Shown here one piece after another: positions 1 to 10,895 of a DNA stretch of 64,000 nt; within the stretch, counting starts at the first letter, position 1; every line of letters starts with the position of its first letter. The notes below the pieces were generated by a model. That model ran no database searches. It was given only the letters and a program-made list of their open reading frames with translations, and was not told where the DNA came from. This DNA comes from Lytechinus pictus (lineage: Eukaryota): the NCBI RefSeq assembly GCF_037042905.1, contig NC_087263.1, forward strand, positions 8,496,001 through 8,560,000, in the 5' to 3' direction. The translations under genes were made by a program, and so were the position numbers.

Positions 1-521
1 ATTTCCAAAAATCTAGACTAACAAGTCAGTACTATCTGGACATGTGTAAGTTTTCTTTTTGAATTGGTAACATCCCCACCACCATCACTCCCCTCCCTCC
101 ATCTCTCTCTTCCCTCCCTCTATCTCTCTCTTTCCTTCTTGTCTCCTCTACCATTTTCCATTTTTTTCTCTATTTTTCTTCTCGGTCTCTGTCTCCCTGC
201 TCTTCTGTAATTTTTCTCTTCCCCTCCCCTCCTGTTTTCAGTCACATATGATATTCTTTCATTCACAATCTACCTAACTCAACACTTCGTACCTTGACAT
301 GTAAACAAATTTAAAAAAAAGAAATGAAACTAATATTCTATTTATATATTTGTTCATTACTGTACAGCTGTGCTAACAATGGCATTCTCATTTTCCCTTT
401 CAAATTTCTCATGTTCTAGGCTATACATTAACATCGTAATATTGCATTGCAAAATATGTAATACACCACAGGTAAAATACATACAAAATTATAAACACAG
501 ATCTTGGAAAATATCTGGGAC

Positions 522-539
522 CATGGACCTAGGTCCATG
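522..539. mobile_element. 18-bp palindrome with 7-bp TSD (P-element-like footprint or mini-element)
   Basis: CATGGACCTAGGTCCATG flanked by CTGGGAC at 515-521 and 540-546. Confidence 0.7.
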
Positions 540-1617
540 CTGGGACAAAGATCACAACGTGAAACCGATTTTTTTTTCTTGTTAAATTTTCTTGGGGGGG
601 GGGGCAGGAATCTTGAGATTTTAAGATGATTAATGATGTTATAATTTATAAACATTTTGTTCTTGCCTTCAAAGATTGCACATGAAATCATAATAGGCTG
701 GCTATTTTATGTTCGTATATTTTTTGTATACAGTGTGACAAACCTGGCTGATTACGAAAGCACAATTTTTTTTGTCTAGCATTTGACTTGAATCTGTACA
801 CACACAAAATTAATCCTTTGGTTAGCCAAGGTTACAGATGTACTTGTACGTAGTGTATGAATTCACATACGGGATTCATATTCCTTGGTATAAACTCAGT
901 TGAAGAGAAAAAGCCTTAAAAAACACCAAGAACACAAAATCACCAGAACCAGCTGTACTAGTTAATGCTCTATACCATATGACAAACATCTGTAGAATAA
1001 ATCATACCATTTCTCTGCCCATATGCTAGGCCATTGACATTTCAGAGGTCTGTCAAATCAATAGAAACTTTTTGAAGTGACTGAAGATGGAGGTAGGCGA
1101 GTCGGGGCAGCAATCATACACAAAGAAACTAGTCAAGCTGGTATCCAAGCCAGATTCCAACATAAGATAAGTATACAGGTAATTTCCCTCTTTTTTTTCT
1201 TGTTTCTTTTTGAAGGGGGGGTCTTAATTGTTTTGAGAAGGTACATGTTTCTGTAAGTAGCATAATACATGCAAAAATTTGTGCTGTGAAGTTTCTCTCC
1301 TCTCAGCACAAATAAAAACTATGACTGGGGCAAAATGTAGTTTTAGTCCCTCGGCCAGAGGACATAAATTCAAGATGTAAATTCCCGCAGCCTCCGTACG
1401 TATCTACCCCCCCCCCCCCCCAAAAAAAAGGTAGTTTGCTTGAAGAGTGTATGAGTCACTGTGATTCTGCTACACACAGAAAAGTATTGGATCGGTTGCC
1501 ATGTACAGGTCAAGAGTAATAATTGTACAAGTATAATGCGCTCAATTCAGAAATAAAAAAATAATCAAGATTCAAAGTGAAATATTAAATCACCTCAAGT
1601 ATCCTTACACATACAGT

Positions 1618-1738
1618 CAGTGGCGGACCGTGACCCGGAGGAGACAAAGCATTGGAGGGGCACTGTATTGTTTGTGAACAATGCTGTGCCCCCCCCCCCC
1701 CCAATGCTTTGTCTCCTCCAGGTCACGGTCCGCCACTG
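1618..1738. mobile_element. hAT-like MITE, 121 bp
   Basis: Long TIRs CAGTGGCGGACCGTGACC...GGTCACGGTCCGCCACTG; 8-bp TSD CATACAGT at 1610-1617 and 1739-1746. Confidence 0.9.
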
Positions 1739-1854
1739 CATACAGTAGGCAGTCCTAGGCATCAATTCATGCCAATCTTCAGTTTGCTACCACTGCTGAA
1801 TATAAGCAATGCTCATTTGAAAGACATCAAAATATGAAGATTCCACTAAGATTT

Positions 1855-2265
1855 TGGATCAATTGTAAAATTAATTATAACTATAACTCTATGGAAAAAC
1901 ATATCTATGGAAAAACATATACAAAAGTTCCAATAAATTGTGATTATGAATTGTATTTTAATGTTACAACCTACAGGATCCTTTAACATAGCACATGTAG
2001 ATCAATTGTAAAGCTAACTGTAACTGTACATCTATGAAACAACATGTAAAGAGTTACAATTACTATTAAATGATAATTTGATCTTTTTAAGTTACAGCGC
2101 GGGGTGCAATAACATAACAGACAGAACCATTTGTAAAGTTAATTGTGACTGCAGGGCTATGGTTAACCATATAAACAAGTTACAAGTGATTGAAAATATC
2201 AATCACATCTGTTGACGTCACTCCTACAAGACACTTTTATATAAGATATCAATTGTAAAATTGTT
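1855..2265. repeat. Degenerate ~125-140-bp tandem repeat (3-4 units)
   Basis: Recurring CA(A/T)TTGTAAA..TAA.T.T.ACT....CTATG.AAA.CAT.T...AGTT.CAA at ~1860, 2003, 2128 and 2250. Confidence 0.55.
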
Positions 2266-2888
2266 TGAAGGTTTGCATGGTGGCATGTACAATCGCTGAT
2301 GTGGTTTACGGTACACCATGTTGAGTGTTACAGAAACAGTGGATAGAAGAAGAAAAGAAATGGATAGGCGAGAAAGTGGAAATTTGAGAGTAATCTTTCT
2401 TGAATGTAGTCCTGAAAAGGACTGTAAACCAGAAGAGATTGATGAGTTGAAAACAGCTTGAGTAGTAGGATGGATGAGGAGATGCTGGCTCGAGTCGGCG
2501 AGTAGAGATGATGAGTAGAAGCAGTAGAGAGACTCGACATTTCGGGCAGGTTGACTGTCCGTCTTCAGGAGAAGACGGGCAGTCAACCTGCCTCGCGTGT
2601 GACTTGCGGGTGACTATTTTTGCTACTCACAGGTCGCCCACATTGACAGTATCTCGCACACATCGCACACGCTGTTGCCCGCAGAAGCGTAAGCAAGCCT
2701 GATTTGCATGCAGAAAAGTTTTGAACATGCTCAAAACTTTGTTGCTGGTGAGTTGCTGTGATCGCCCGCAACTCACCCGCAAAGCTTGCACGGAATGATG
2801 TGACAGGGCCTTACAACTCAGTGTTACTGTATACAATGTACATACATTAAACGTTACAACTATGTAGGGCCTACCAAAAGTTACAAGC

Positions 2889-3106
2889 AATAATAATGAT
2901 AATAATATAGGATTTGTATAGCACACGTATCCACCTTGCTAGGTGCTCAAGGCGCTCCTATATTACCCCGGCTAAGCTAGTCTACCGATTCTGGTGCGCA
3001 CAGCTTTTTGAGGAATTACTTCCTGCCGGTACCCATTTACCTCACCTAGCTGGGTCGAGTACAGCTCAGTGTGGATAAATATCTTGCTGAAGGAAAACAC
3101 GCCATC
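2889..3106 (-). mobile_element. SINE copy lacking the tRNA head; same family as 36898-37161
   Basis: Reverse complement matches the body of the 36.9-kb SINE (GGTGAGGTAAATGGGTACCGGC...CTCAAAAAGCTGTG...AGCACCTAGCAAGGTG.ATACGTG) and its ATT-type tail. Confidence 0.8.
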
Positions 3107-3132
3107 ATAAATCAAGCAATCATAATTGCATC

Positions 3133-3138
3133 TTTATT
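3133..3138 (-). terminator. Candidate polyadenylation signal AATAAA of the ankyrin gene
   Basis: TTTATT on + strand, ~25 nt downstream of the TGA. Confidence 0.45.
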
Positions 3139-3162
3139 ATTACACCAGTCTTTGAGTTAGTA

Positions 3163-3261
3163 TCATCTTCTCCATATATTAAATGAAGGATTCGAGTTGT
3201 TCAGCGATAAATCTTGGACTTCCTCCTCGATCGAAAGCACGTCACCACCCTCAGCCATTTT
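3163..3261 (-). CDS. Ankyrin-repeat gene, last coding exon (KMAEGGDVLSIEEEVQDLSLNNSNPSFNIWRR*)
   Basis: TTCCTTTTGCCCCGCGCAG acceptor, 99 nt, phase 0, TGA at 3165-3163; the restored CDS totals 642 nt = 213 aa + stop. Confidence 0.7.
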   Translation of the reverse strand, partial: KMAEGGDVLSIEEEVQDLSLNNSNPSFNIWRR

Positions 3262-3796
3262 CTGCGCGGGGCAAAAGGAAAATATAATAATTGAGATTTA
3301 TGTAGTGCCTTTTCCAAAGGCTACAAAGTACTGCTTGAGAAAAAAAAGGGATTAAGATATTTGTTTGCTGTTTCATGTTTGTGTTGTGTGAAAATTTAAA
3401 TGAATGCCATCAATTCTTTTACTAAAGTGTTTGATAAAAACCTGTAGTTCTGAAGGTCAACTGAACTAGATTATGAGATCATCTAGTATAGCCTTGTATG
3501 TTGTTTGAAACATCAGTTTCAGTGTATTATCAAGTTCTTCCAGTTCTCTTGCATATAAAAATCCTACATTATATTAAAAGTATTTCTATCACATGGTTCT
3601 CAAAATAAAGAGTTTCCATGAAACATAAGAGCTTTTTTTTTTACTGGTTTCAGATCTAAAGGCCACCAGCACAAAAGCATCTTCAAAACGTTTAAGAAAT
3701 ATTTTCAATTTTATTGAACATTCTGAAAGTGTTCTGGTTGGCGGTAGTCAATCTTATTCTCACTCCTGTCTGTATGATATAATACAAGACTGTTAC

Positions 3797-3916
3797 CCTT
3801 TTGTAGTCCATGTTATCGTTGGTCCTCATAGGCTGTGACTTCATGACGTAAGCTGATCCTGGTCTGGAGAAATGAGCATAGTCTGATGAAGGCATGGTTG
3901 GGTCATAATCTTTAAC
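3797..3916 (-). CDS. Ankyrin-repeat gene, exon 5 (VKDYDPTMPSSDYAHFSRPGSAYVMKSQPMRTNDNMDYKR)
   Basis: TTTTCGTCTGTCACAG acceptor, AGG|GTAACA donor, 120 nt, phase 0->0, open frame. Confidence 0.75.
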
Positions 3917-4205
3917 CTGTGACAGACGAAAATAAATAGATACTAACTGTAATAATAGTAATAATAGTAATGACAGTAATAATAGTTATATAATAATATT
4001 AATAAAATGTCATATTTACCCGGGGTAGCCACTTCAGTTCAACTCTTCAACCAACAGGCCCTGTTTAAAATGATTTGATTATTACTCCAGCTTTAGCTGC
4101 GCCGCCTATAGGTGCTCAAGCACTCAAAGAAATTCTTCCTACCAGGTAACCATTAACTACACTTGGGTGGACAGTGGCAAATGTAGAAGACACTTCAAAT
4201 TGATT

Positions 4206-4815
4206 AACAAGAGTATCGCTAAGGCGAGCACATAATACGCCCGTCTGTAACGCGGAAAATGGAGCGATTGGTCAAGCAAGAAAAGTGAAAGATGGCGACT
4301 TCGCCTTTGACCTTCTGACCTTAAAATCGAAATGCTAGGATCTATGCTAGTATCATACACACTAAATTATATGAGCCTAGGTTAAGTTAAACTAAAGTTA
4401 TTGCATTTACAAGGACTTCAGAAGGGCAAGATGAAAACATGTCAGTGTGACCTTGACCTTTGACCTTTTGACCTCAAAATCAATAGGCTTCCTTGGATTT
4501 ATGCTAGTATCATACACACCAAATCATATGAGCCTAGGTTAAGTTAAACTGAAGTTATCATGTTTAAAAGGACTGCAGATCGAAGGGTAAGATGAAAATA
4601 TGTCACTGTGACCTTAACCTTTGACCTATTGACCTCAACATCGATAGGCTTCCTGGGATCCATGCTAGTATCATACACACCAAATTATATGAGCCTAGGT
4701 TAAGTAAAACTGAAGTTATTGCGTTTACAAGGAAAAGTTAAGTTAACGGACGGACAGACGGATGAACATCAAGCGTGATACCATAATACGTCCCGTCGAG
4801 TTGGGCATATGAAAA
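4206..4815. mobile_element. Non-autonomous Helitron/Helentron-like repeat with three internal ~160-bp tandem units
   Basis: ATGCTAGTATCATACACAC.AAAT.ATATGAGCCTAGGTTAAGT repeated at ~4344, 4501 and 4662; TGACCTTGACCTTTGACC motifs; GGAC/AGAC microsatellite; ATAATACG.CCCGTC near both ends. Superfamily call is inference. Confidence 0.55.
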
Positions 4816-5564
4816 AGGAATAGGGATTTAATCTTGAATGGGCTCTTGTAAAAAAATAAATAAAATTAGGTGTTTTCTGTGGTTGAAAAAGAATTCTTAC
4901 TCTTTTCTGAAAAGTGGCATCTCTGAAAAACTACCCAAGCAGGCCCCCTTTAACAGGTTCTAAATCCATAACGAGGCATTTGTTGAAAGTGAATAAACTG
5001 TTTCGATGGTATTCGAGTTACAGGAATTATACTCAAGCTCATTAAAAAAATGATGAAGATTCTTAATTTGATAAATCACCCTCATCCTAAACTATGAATG
5101 GTCATACTTTACTTTTTATAAACATTCATAACTGATTATTCATGACATCGAGTTTAACTTTCACTTGACTATTATGGAGTTGCAAGTGATATTAAGATCA
5201 ACACTTTCACTCAAGGAAGAATAAATAAACTGCTATAAAGCAAGATGAATATTTGGTCATTTGCATGCCCTCAAGTCTCAATGGACCATTTGATGAGGAT
5301 CTTTTCTTCATAATTGTGTTAACAAAATAGAAAGAAAGAAATATGGATAGAAGAAGAGTATATAAGATATGGTAATGGGATAGACAGAGAACAAACAAAT
5401 AGCTGTGGGATGTTATCTGATATAGAGGAACCCATGCACACACAGGTCAACCTTCAAATACAAGTATGGTGTTCTAAACAATTGAGTCTACCTACACGTG
5501 TACCAGCACATTTCAAATAATGTGATACCCACAGTCACATTCACTTTAGAGTTTAATAACTTAA

Positions 5565-6151
5565 AGGACAAGTCCACCCCAACAAAAAGTTGATTAGAAT
5601 AAAAAGAGAAAAATCCAACAAGCATGACACTGAAAATTTCATCAAAATCGGATAAGATAAGAAAGTTATGACATTTAAATTTTAAACTTTTGCTAAATTT
5701 CACAAAACAGCACATCCTGGCTGGTATGCAAATGAGGAGACTATGACATCATCCACTCACTATTTCTTTTGTATTTTATTATATGAAATATGAAATATTC
5801 TAATTTTCTCCTCATTGTCAGGTGATACAATGATTAATTCTTCCCTGAAGATTTGAAATTAGCATTGTTTAATACTAAATGGTTCAGTCAAGTTGGTCCT
5901 TATTGTCAAATCTATAAAAAATGAAATATTGTATAATTCAAACAATAAAAAACAAAAGAAATAGTGAGTGATGGACATCATCGACTGACTCACCTAGTTG
6001 TGCATATCACTGTTTTGTGAAAAATAAGCGAAACTTTAAAATGTCATAACTTGCTTATTTTACATCCGATTTTGATGAAATTTTCAGCACTATGCTAGTT
6101 TGATTTTCTCTATTTATTCAAGTCAGCATTTTCCTGGGGTGGACTTGACCT
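5565..6151. mobile_element. Kolobok-like MITE (TTAA TSD), copy 1
   Basis: TTAA|AGGACAAGTCCACCCC...GGGGTGGACTTGACCT|TTAA; internally palindromic; similar to 17275-17881. Confidence 0.85.
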
Positions 6152-6708
6152 TTAAGAAGATATCAAAGTACAGAAACAAATTCATGCAAATGATATCCCT
6201 TTTATAAATAGTCATGTTTAAGAGCTAGTCTGCAAGTACAGACTCATATTTGGCACTTCAACCAATAACAGGTCTAGAGTGAAGACTAGACTCCAAAGAC
6301 TCTGGTAGAGCCAGCCACAGTACATAGTGAACCTAGTCTCACTACTTCAGTCTCTGCATTATGCACTATGCGAATTGCGAAAATCAAGGGTCTGTGCCTG
6401 TAGACTACATGTTGTACTTAAAGGGGGGGGTGAACTGTGTGTGGTCTCTCATTGACTGTGTGTTATAAATACATAGTCTTGAGATAAACATTTTCAGATA
6501 TCTACTAATACTACAGAGAATAAATTGACCTATAATTGTATTTGTATAGAGAAAGTAACATGTTTTGAGAGGAAAAGTGATTGTTTTGCTACTTGGTAGC
6601 ATAATTATTGCGGTATAAACGTATTAAGTAGTTAATTAGCACGTTATCATTCAAGTGGGTCTATATTACTAGACTACACTAGCATTATGGGTCAGGAAAC
6701 TGGCCAGG

Positions 6709-6880
6709 TGGGTGTTTCATAAAGCTGTTCGTATATTAAGAGTAACTTTAAGAACGACTGGTGATCCTTTCTTGTGGTAAATGGTATATTCATTGGTGAA
6801 TTGGTTAAGCGCATAAGAAAGGTTCACCAGTCGTTCTTAAAGTCGCTCTTGAATTACGAACAGTTTTATGAAACGGCCCC
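6709..6880. mobile_element. Palindromic MITE (unclassified)
   Basis: Arms GTTTCATAAAGCTGTTCGTA..AAGAG..ACTTTAAGAACGACTGGTGA / TCACCAGTCGTTCTTAAAGTCGCTCTT..TACGAACAGTTTTATGAAAC. Confidence 0.75.
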
Positions 6881-6980
6881 AAGGTATGAGTAGTTGAGGA
6901 CTCGAGATGGCGCTATTGATTCGTATCTGCTTTAAGAACAGCAATGTTTTGAATGTCTGCGAGCACACACAATGCTATAC

Positions 6981-7092
6981 CTTTTTGACAATGTCTAGTC
7001 TGACAAGTTCAGCCTTTGAGGTTCTTCTACATCCTTCCGTTGCAAAGAATGGCCAGATCGCTTCCATTGCCGAGGCAAAATCAGCAGCAGTT
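6981..7092 (-). CDS. Ankyrin-repeat gene, exon 4 (TAADFASAMEAIWPFFATEGCRRTSKAELVRLDIVKK)
   Basis: TTTCCTTCATAG acceptor, AAG|GTATAG donor, 112 nt, phase 2->0; completes the D..GRTA.DFA ankyrin end motif. Confidence 0.85.
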
Positions 7093-7107
7093 CTATGAAG
7101 GAAATAG

Positions 7108-7270
7108 TAATAATAATAATAATCCACTTTTATATAGCTCTTAATACATCGGAACGACGTGTCTAAGCGCTTTACAGATATATCATTACCACGGTCATCG
7201 GATTCAATCAGTCATTCCCGCACACAATGTGTGCACATCCTCCACTCCCTGGGGAGTATTCCAGTCAGTC
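7108..7270 (-). mobile_element. SINE/LINE 3'-end fragment
   Basis: Minus strand TGTAAAGCGCTTAGAC...AAGAGCTATATAAAAG followed by an (ATT)n tail, resembling L2-type 3' ends. Confidence 0.5.
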
Positions 7271-7992
7271 AAATAAGAACTAAAAATGGGTAAAAGGTCT
7301 AGAAATTAGCATTCTGTCAATCGTATGACCACATGTTATAAAAGTACCTTTGAACATATTTTTTATGCTTGAATTTGTATCCTAATTAATTGCGACAGTG
7401 TAATTTTCTACCCTTAATTCAGCCTGTGTGACCCTAAAATATGCCCCTTATCAAGCAATTTTAAGATGCTTGCAAATCCAAATCAACCTGTGTTTTTGAA
7501 TGGGGGGATACCATATGTAAGTATTTAATTGATATGTAATTGTGTATTCAATTGTACCATTTTTATTTTTACATTGTCAATAATCCAACTGTCATAGTTG
7601 CAATAAGTTAATAAATAAATGAATAAATTTAAAAAAAATAATAAATAAATAAATGCCATAACCTAAGTCATTCATTATGCATGGATTTTTATCATTTAAC
7701 TATGAATCTGAAACTGAGTCTGTTGAAATATTATAAATTTATCCAAATTATGATTGTGAATGTGATGGGGTTTTCCCTACTTGAGATTAAGTACCGAATA
7801 ACACCCCATTTAATAGTTGATATGAATATATGATGCAACTGGATATTCTTCTACATGATTGTATGAATGTAATACGAAGATTTTGCATAAAGAAAAGTAA
7901 AACAAAATAAAGAGTGAAAGTAATACAATTAAAAAACTATAGTCTAAAGAACCACTTTCTAATTCCTGAGATAAGAAAAGAAATAATCATAC

Positions 7993-8127
7993 CTTCCTCT
8001 GTTGTCTTTCAAGCTAAGGTTAGGCTTGGCCTCCAGGAGTTTCATCAAAACTTTTCCATGTCCCTGGAATGCTGCACAGTGGCAGGGTGTCCACAGAGTA
8101 CCTCCGTTGCTCAGGTTCACATCAGCT
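7993..8127 (-). CDS. Ankyrin-repeat gene, exon 3 (ADVNLSNGGTLWTPCHCAAFQGHGKVLMKLLEAKPNLSLKDNRGR)
   Basis: TCTTTCCCACCAG acceptor, GTATGA donor, 135 nt, phase 2->2; ankyrin repeat TPxHxAAxxGH. Confidence 0.9.
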
Positions 8128-8965
8128 CTGGTGGGAAAGAAATAAATGTGTGAAAAGGTCAAAGGTCAATCCATCATTCACACATAAAATGAAAAAGTTG
8201 AGGTGCACAAAAAATAAATGGTGACCATAATTAACAAGGAACAAATTAATCTTTGGGATCAGAAAGGGATTAGAAAATAGGATGAAGCCCCCTCATCCCC
8301 CCCCCCACCACCAAATTAAAAAAGGAAAAGAAGCCATTACCCACTCTGATAATGAGATAGCATACTTTTTTGCCATTATTGCTTGGTAGCCACTACATCA
8401 ATGCAATATCCCTTGACAAATTTAAGGCTGCTCTAAAGTAATCAATGTCGAATCTGCACCCGACCACAGCGTCATGGAACTTTCGTTCTGTTGCTGTGTA
8501 CCCGTGATGATGATGATGATGGTAAGTGATTAAATGATATCCCAAAAATGAAAATTGCTTAATTCACTTTTTTGTAAAGCATGGCAGTTACAGTGGTAAT
8601 TAATTCCAAAGTTTGTGAATAATTTCCAGTCATATTTAAATCTAAATTTGGAAAATCTAACATCATAAATACCCCCCCCCCCAAAAAAAAAAAAAAAAAA
8701 AAAACAACAGAAAGTTAAGTCAGAAGGGCAAATTACTCTGCAACAATGTTAGACACCCAAAAATAGACACGGGCTAGGGTCGATTTTGCCCCCCGAAATG
8801 CTAAAAATAGCCCTGGGAACCTGAATTAAGAGCCCTGGAAAACCCCCATTCATTGCAGTGTAAAGATTATCTAATATTGCAGATTTATGCAGTAATTTGT
8901 GAAAAGTAGTCAACCAAAAAAATAAGTTTGCCTGCTACTGCAAATGCATCCATAGACATTCTTAC

Positions 8966-8973
8966 CCATGCTG
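8966..8973 (-). CDS. Ankyrin-repeat gene, exon 2 3' remnant (CAGCATGG, including the duplicated CA) with its splice donor
   Basis: Removing 8974-10776 plus one TG copy restores ...ATA CAG CAT GG|GTAAGA (I-Q-H-G), phase 2, which matches exon 3 (GG+A = Gly, then ADVN). Confidence 0.85.
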
Positions 8974-10776
8974 CCCAGGACCAAAATCCAATTGAAACCA
9001 GTTGGATTTCCAACTGGTTTCAATTGGTTTCAATTGGTTTCAACTGGTTTCAATTGGTTTTAACTGGAATTTAACAATTTCCAGTTGAAACCAATTGAAA
9101 CCAGTTGGGCAACTGGAAATCCTAACTGGAACCAGTTGGGTAACTGGAAATGACTTCCAATTGGGAATGATTTCTAACTGGAACCAGTTGAGTAACTGGA
9201 AATCCCAACTGGAACCAGTTGGGCAACTGGAAATCCTAACTGGAACCAGTTGGGTAACTGGAAATGACTTCCAATTGGAAATGATTTCTTACTGGAACCA
9301 GTTGAGTAACTGGAAATCCCAACTGGAACCAGTTGGGCAACTGGAAATCCTAACTGGAACCAGTTGGGTAACTGGAAATGACTTCCAATTGGAAATGATT
9401 TCTAACTGGAACCAGTTGGGCAACTGGAAATCCTAACTGGAACCAGTTGGGTAACTGGAAATGATTTCTAACTGGAACCAGTTGAGTAACTGGAAATCCC
9501 AACTGGAACCAGTTGGGCAACTGGAAATCCTAACTGGAACCAGTTGGGTAACTGGAAATGACTTCCAATTGGAAATGATTTCTTACTGGAACCAGTTGAG
9601 TAACTGGAAATCCCAACTGGAACCAGTTGGGCAACTGGAAATCCTAACTGGAACCAGTTGGGTAACTGGAAATGACTTCCAATTGGAAATGATTTCTAAC
9701 TGGAACCAGTTGGGCAACTGGAAATCCTAACTGGAACCAGTTGGGTAACTGGAAATGACTTCCAACTGGAAATGATTTCTAACTGGAGCCAGTTGGGTAA
9801 CTGGAAATCCTAACTTGAACCATTCAGTTGTGTAACTGGAAATCCTAACTGGTACCAATTGGGTAACTGAGATGACTTCTAACTGGAAAGATGGGTAACT
9901 GGAAATGAATTCTAATTGGAACCAGTTGGGTAACTGGAAATTATTTCCAATTGGTTTCCAATTGGAAATTTTCCAGTTACCCAACTGGATCCAATTGAAA
10001 CCAGTTAATTTGCATATTATTTGACAGTGTGCACAGATTAATGTTTTATGAGATTAATCATCATTAACAATGTATCTATTTAATTCTTTACAATTTCAAG
10101 TACCACACTTTTTAAAGATTAGTATTTAGAATACTTAGCAGTGAAAACCATGTTCATAAATGTTATAGATTATAATTAAAACAGATTAAAGGATAATTAG
10201 TACACCACTAACTGTTACCAAATTACATCAAATAAAAGTACATATATTTGAAGATCTTCCATATAAATATATATACATGAAAGTCTGTATTTTATCAATG
10301 CCCTTTACATTGGTATTAATAGACATATAACACTGCTTCTGTGTTGGCATGAGAAATAGTTACTGCAAATGCTAATTAATTTGTAACTAATTAAGTTCGT
10401 TCCAACTGGAAGTTCCAATTGGATCCAGTTGGAAACCAATTGGTTTCAACTGGTTCCAGTTGAAACCAGTTGCCTCCAATTGGTTTCAACTGGAACCAAT
10501 TGAAACCAGTTGCCTCCAATTGGATTCAATTGGTTTTAATAGGGAAATTGGAACAACTGGAACCAATTGACAACAATTGCCAACTGGTTCCAGTTGCCCA
10601 ATTGGTTTTAACTGGAACCAATTGGCAACTGGTTTTCAATTGGTTTTTAACTGGAACCAATTGGCAACTGGTTTTCAATTGGAACCAGTTGTTCCAATTT
10701 CCCTATTGAAACCAGTTGGCCAACTGGTTTCAATTGGTTTTGCCCTAATTGGTTTTAACTGGATTTTGGTCCTGGG
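8974..10776. mobile_element. 1,803-bp non-autonomous DNA transposon, CMC/EnSpm-like, inserted in a coding exon
   Basis: 17-bp perfect TIR CCCAGGACCAAAATCCA; TG duplication at 8972-8973 and 10777-10778; both arms built of AACTGG/CCAGTT/CCAATT motifs, with a 114-bp higher-order repeat in the left arm; AT-rich spacer ~10010-10395; no transposase. Confidence 0.9.
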
Positions 10777-10895
10777 TGTATAAGGTATTCTGCTACTTGG
10801 CTGTAGCCCCAGAATGCTGCATTGCAGAGAGGAGTGAAGCCGTCACGTGACTTCTTATTTACATCTGCTCCGTCATGGACCAATCTCTTAACAAG
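10777..10895 (-). CDS. Ankyrin-repeat gene, exon 2 5' part (LVKRLVHDGADVNKKSRDGFTPLCNAAFWGYSQVAEYLI), interrupted by a transposon
   Basis: TTTCAG acceptor (AG at 10897-10896); canonical ankyrin motif GADVN..DGFTPL..AA..G...VAEYL; the frame runs into the inserted element at 10776. Confidence 0.9.

Noticed and set aside
1008..1049. Possible 42-nt minus-strand exon (TTTGACAG|...AGAAATG|GTATGA) of a gene leaving the left edge
   Set aside because: Splice-like signals only; no coding homology and no partner exons that I can support.
1855..2320. Tandem micro-exon interpretation of the degenerate repeat (CATAG acceptors, GTAG donors on the minus strand)
   Set aside because: Joining the units gives stop codons in the third unit in both the spliced and the homologous frame, and the donors are weak.
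9095..9984. Repetitive ORFs (PVGQLEILTGTSWVTGNDFQ...)
   Set aside because: They are translations of the 114-bp tandem array inside the transposon, with no domain similarity or splice context.
9000..10000. CRISPR-like appearance of regular repeats (also 29322-29438 and 49100-49350)
   Set aside because: No unique spacers, no cas genes, eukaryotic context; these are head-to-tail tandem repeats inside TIR elements.
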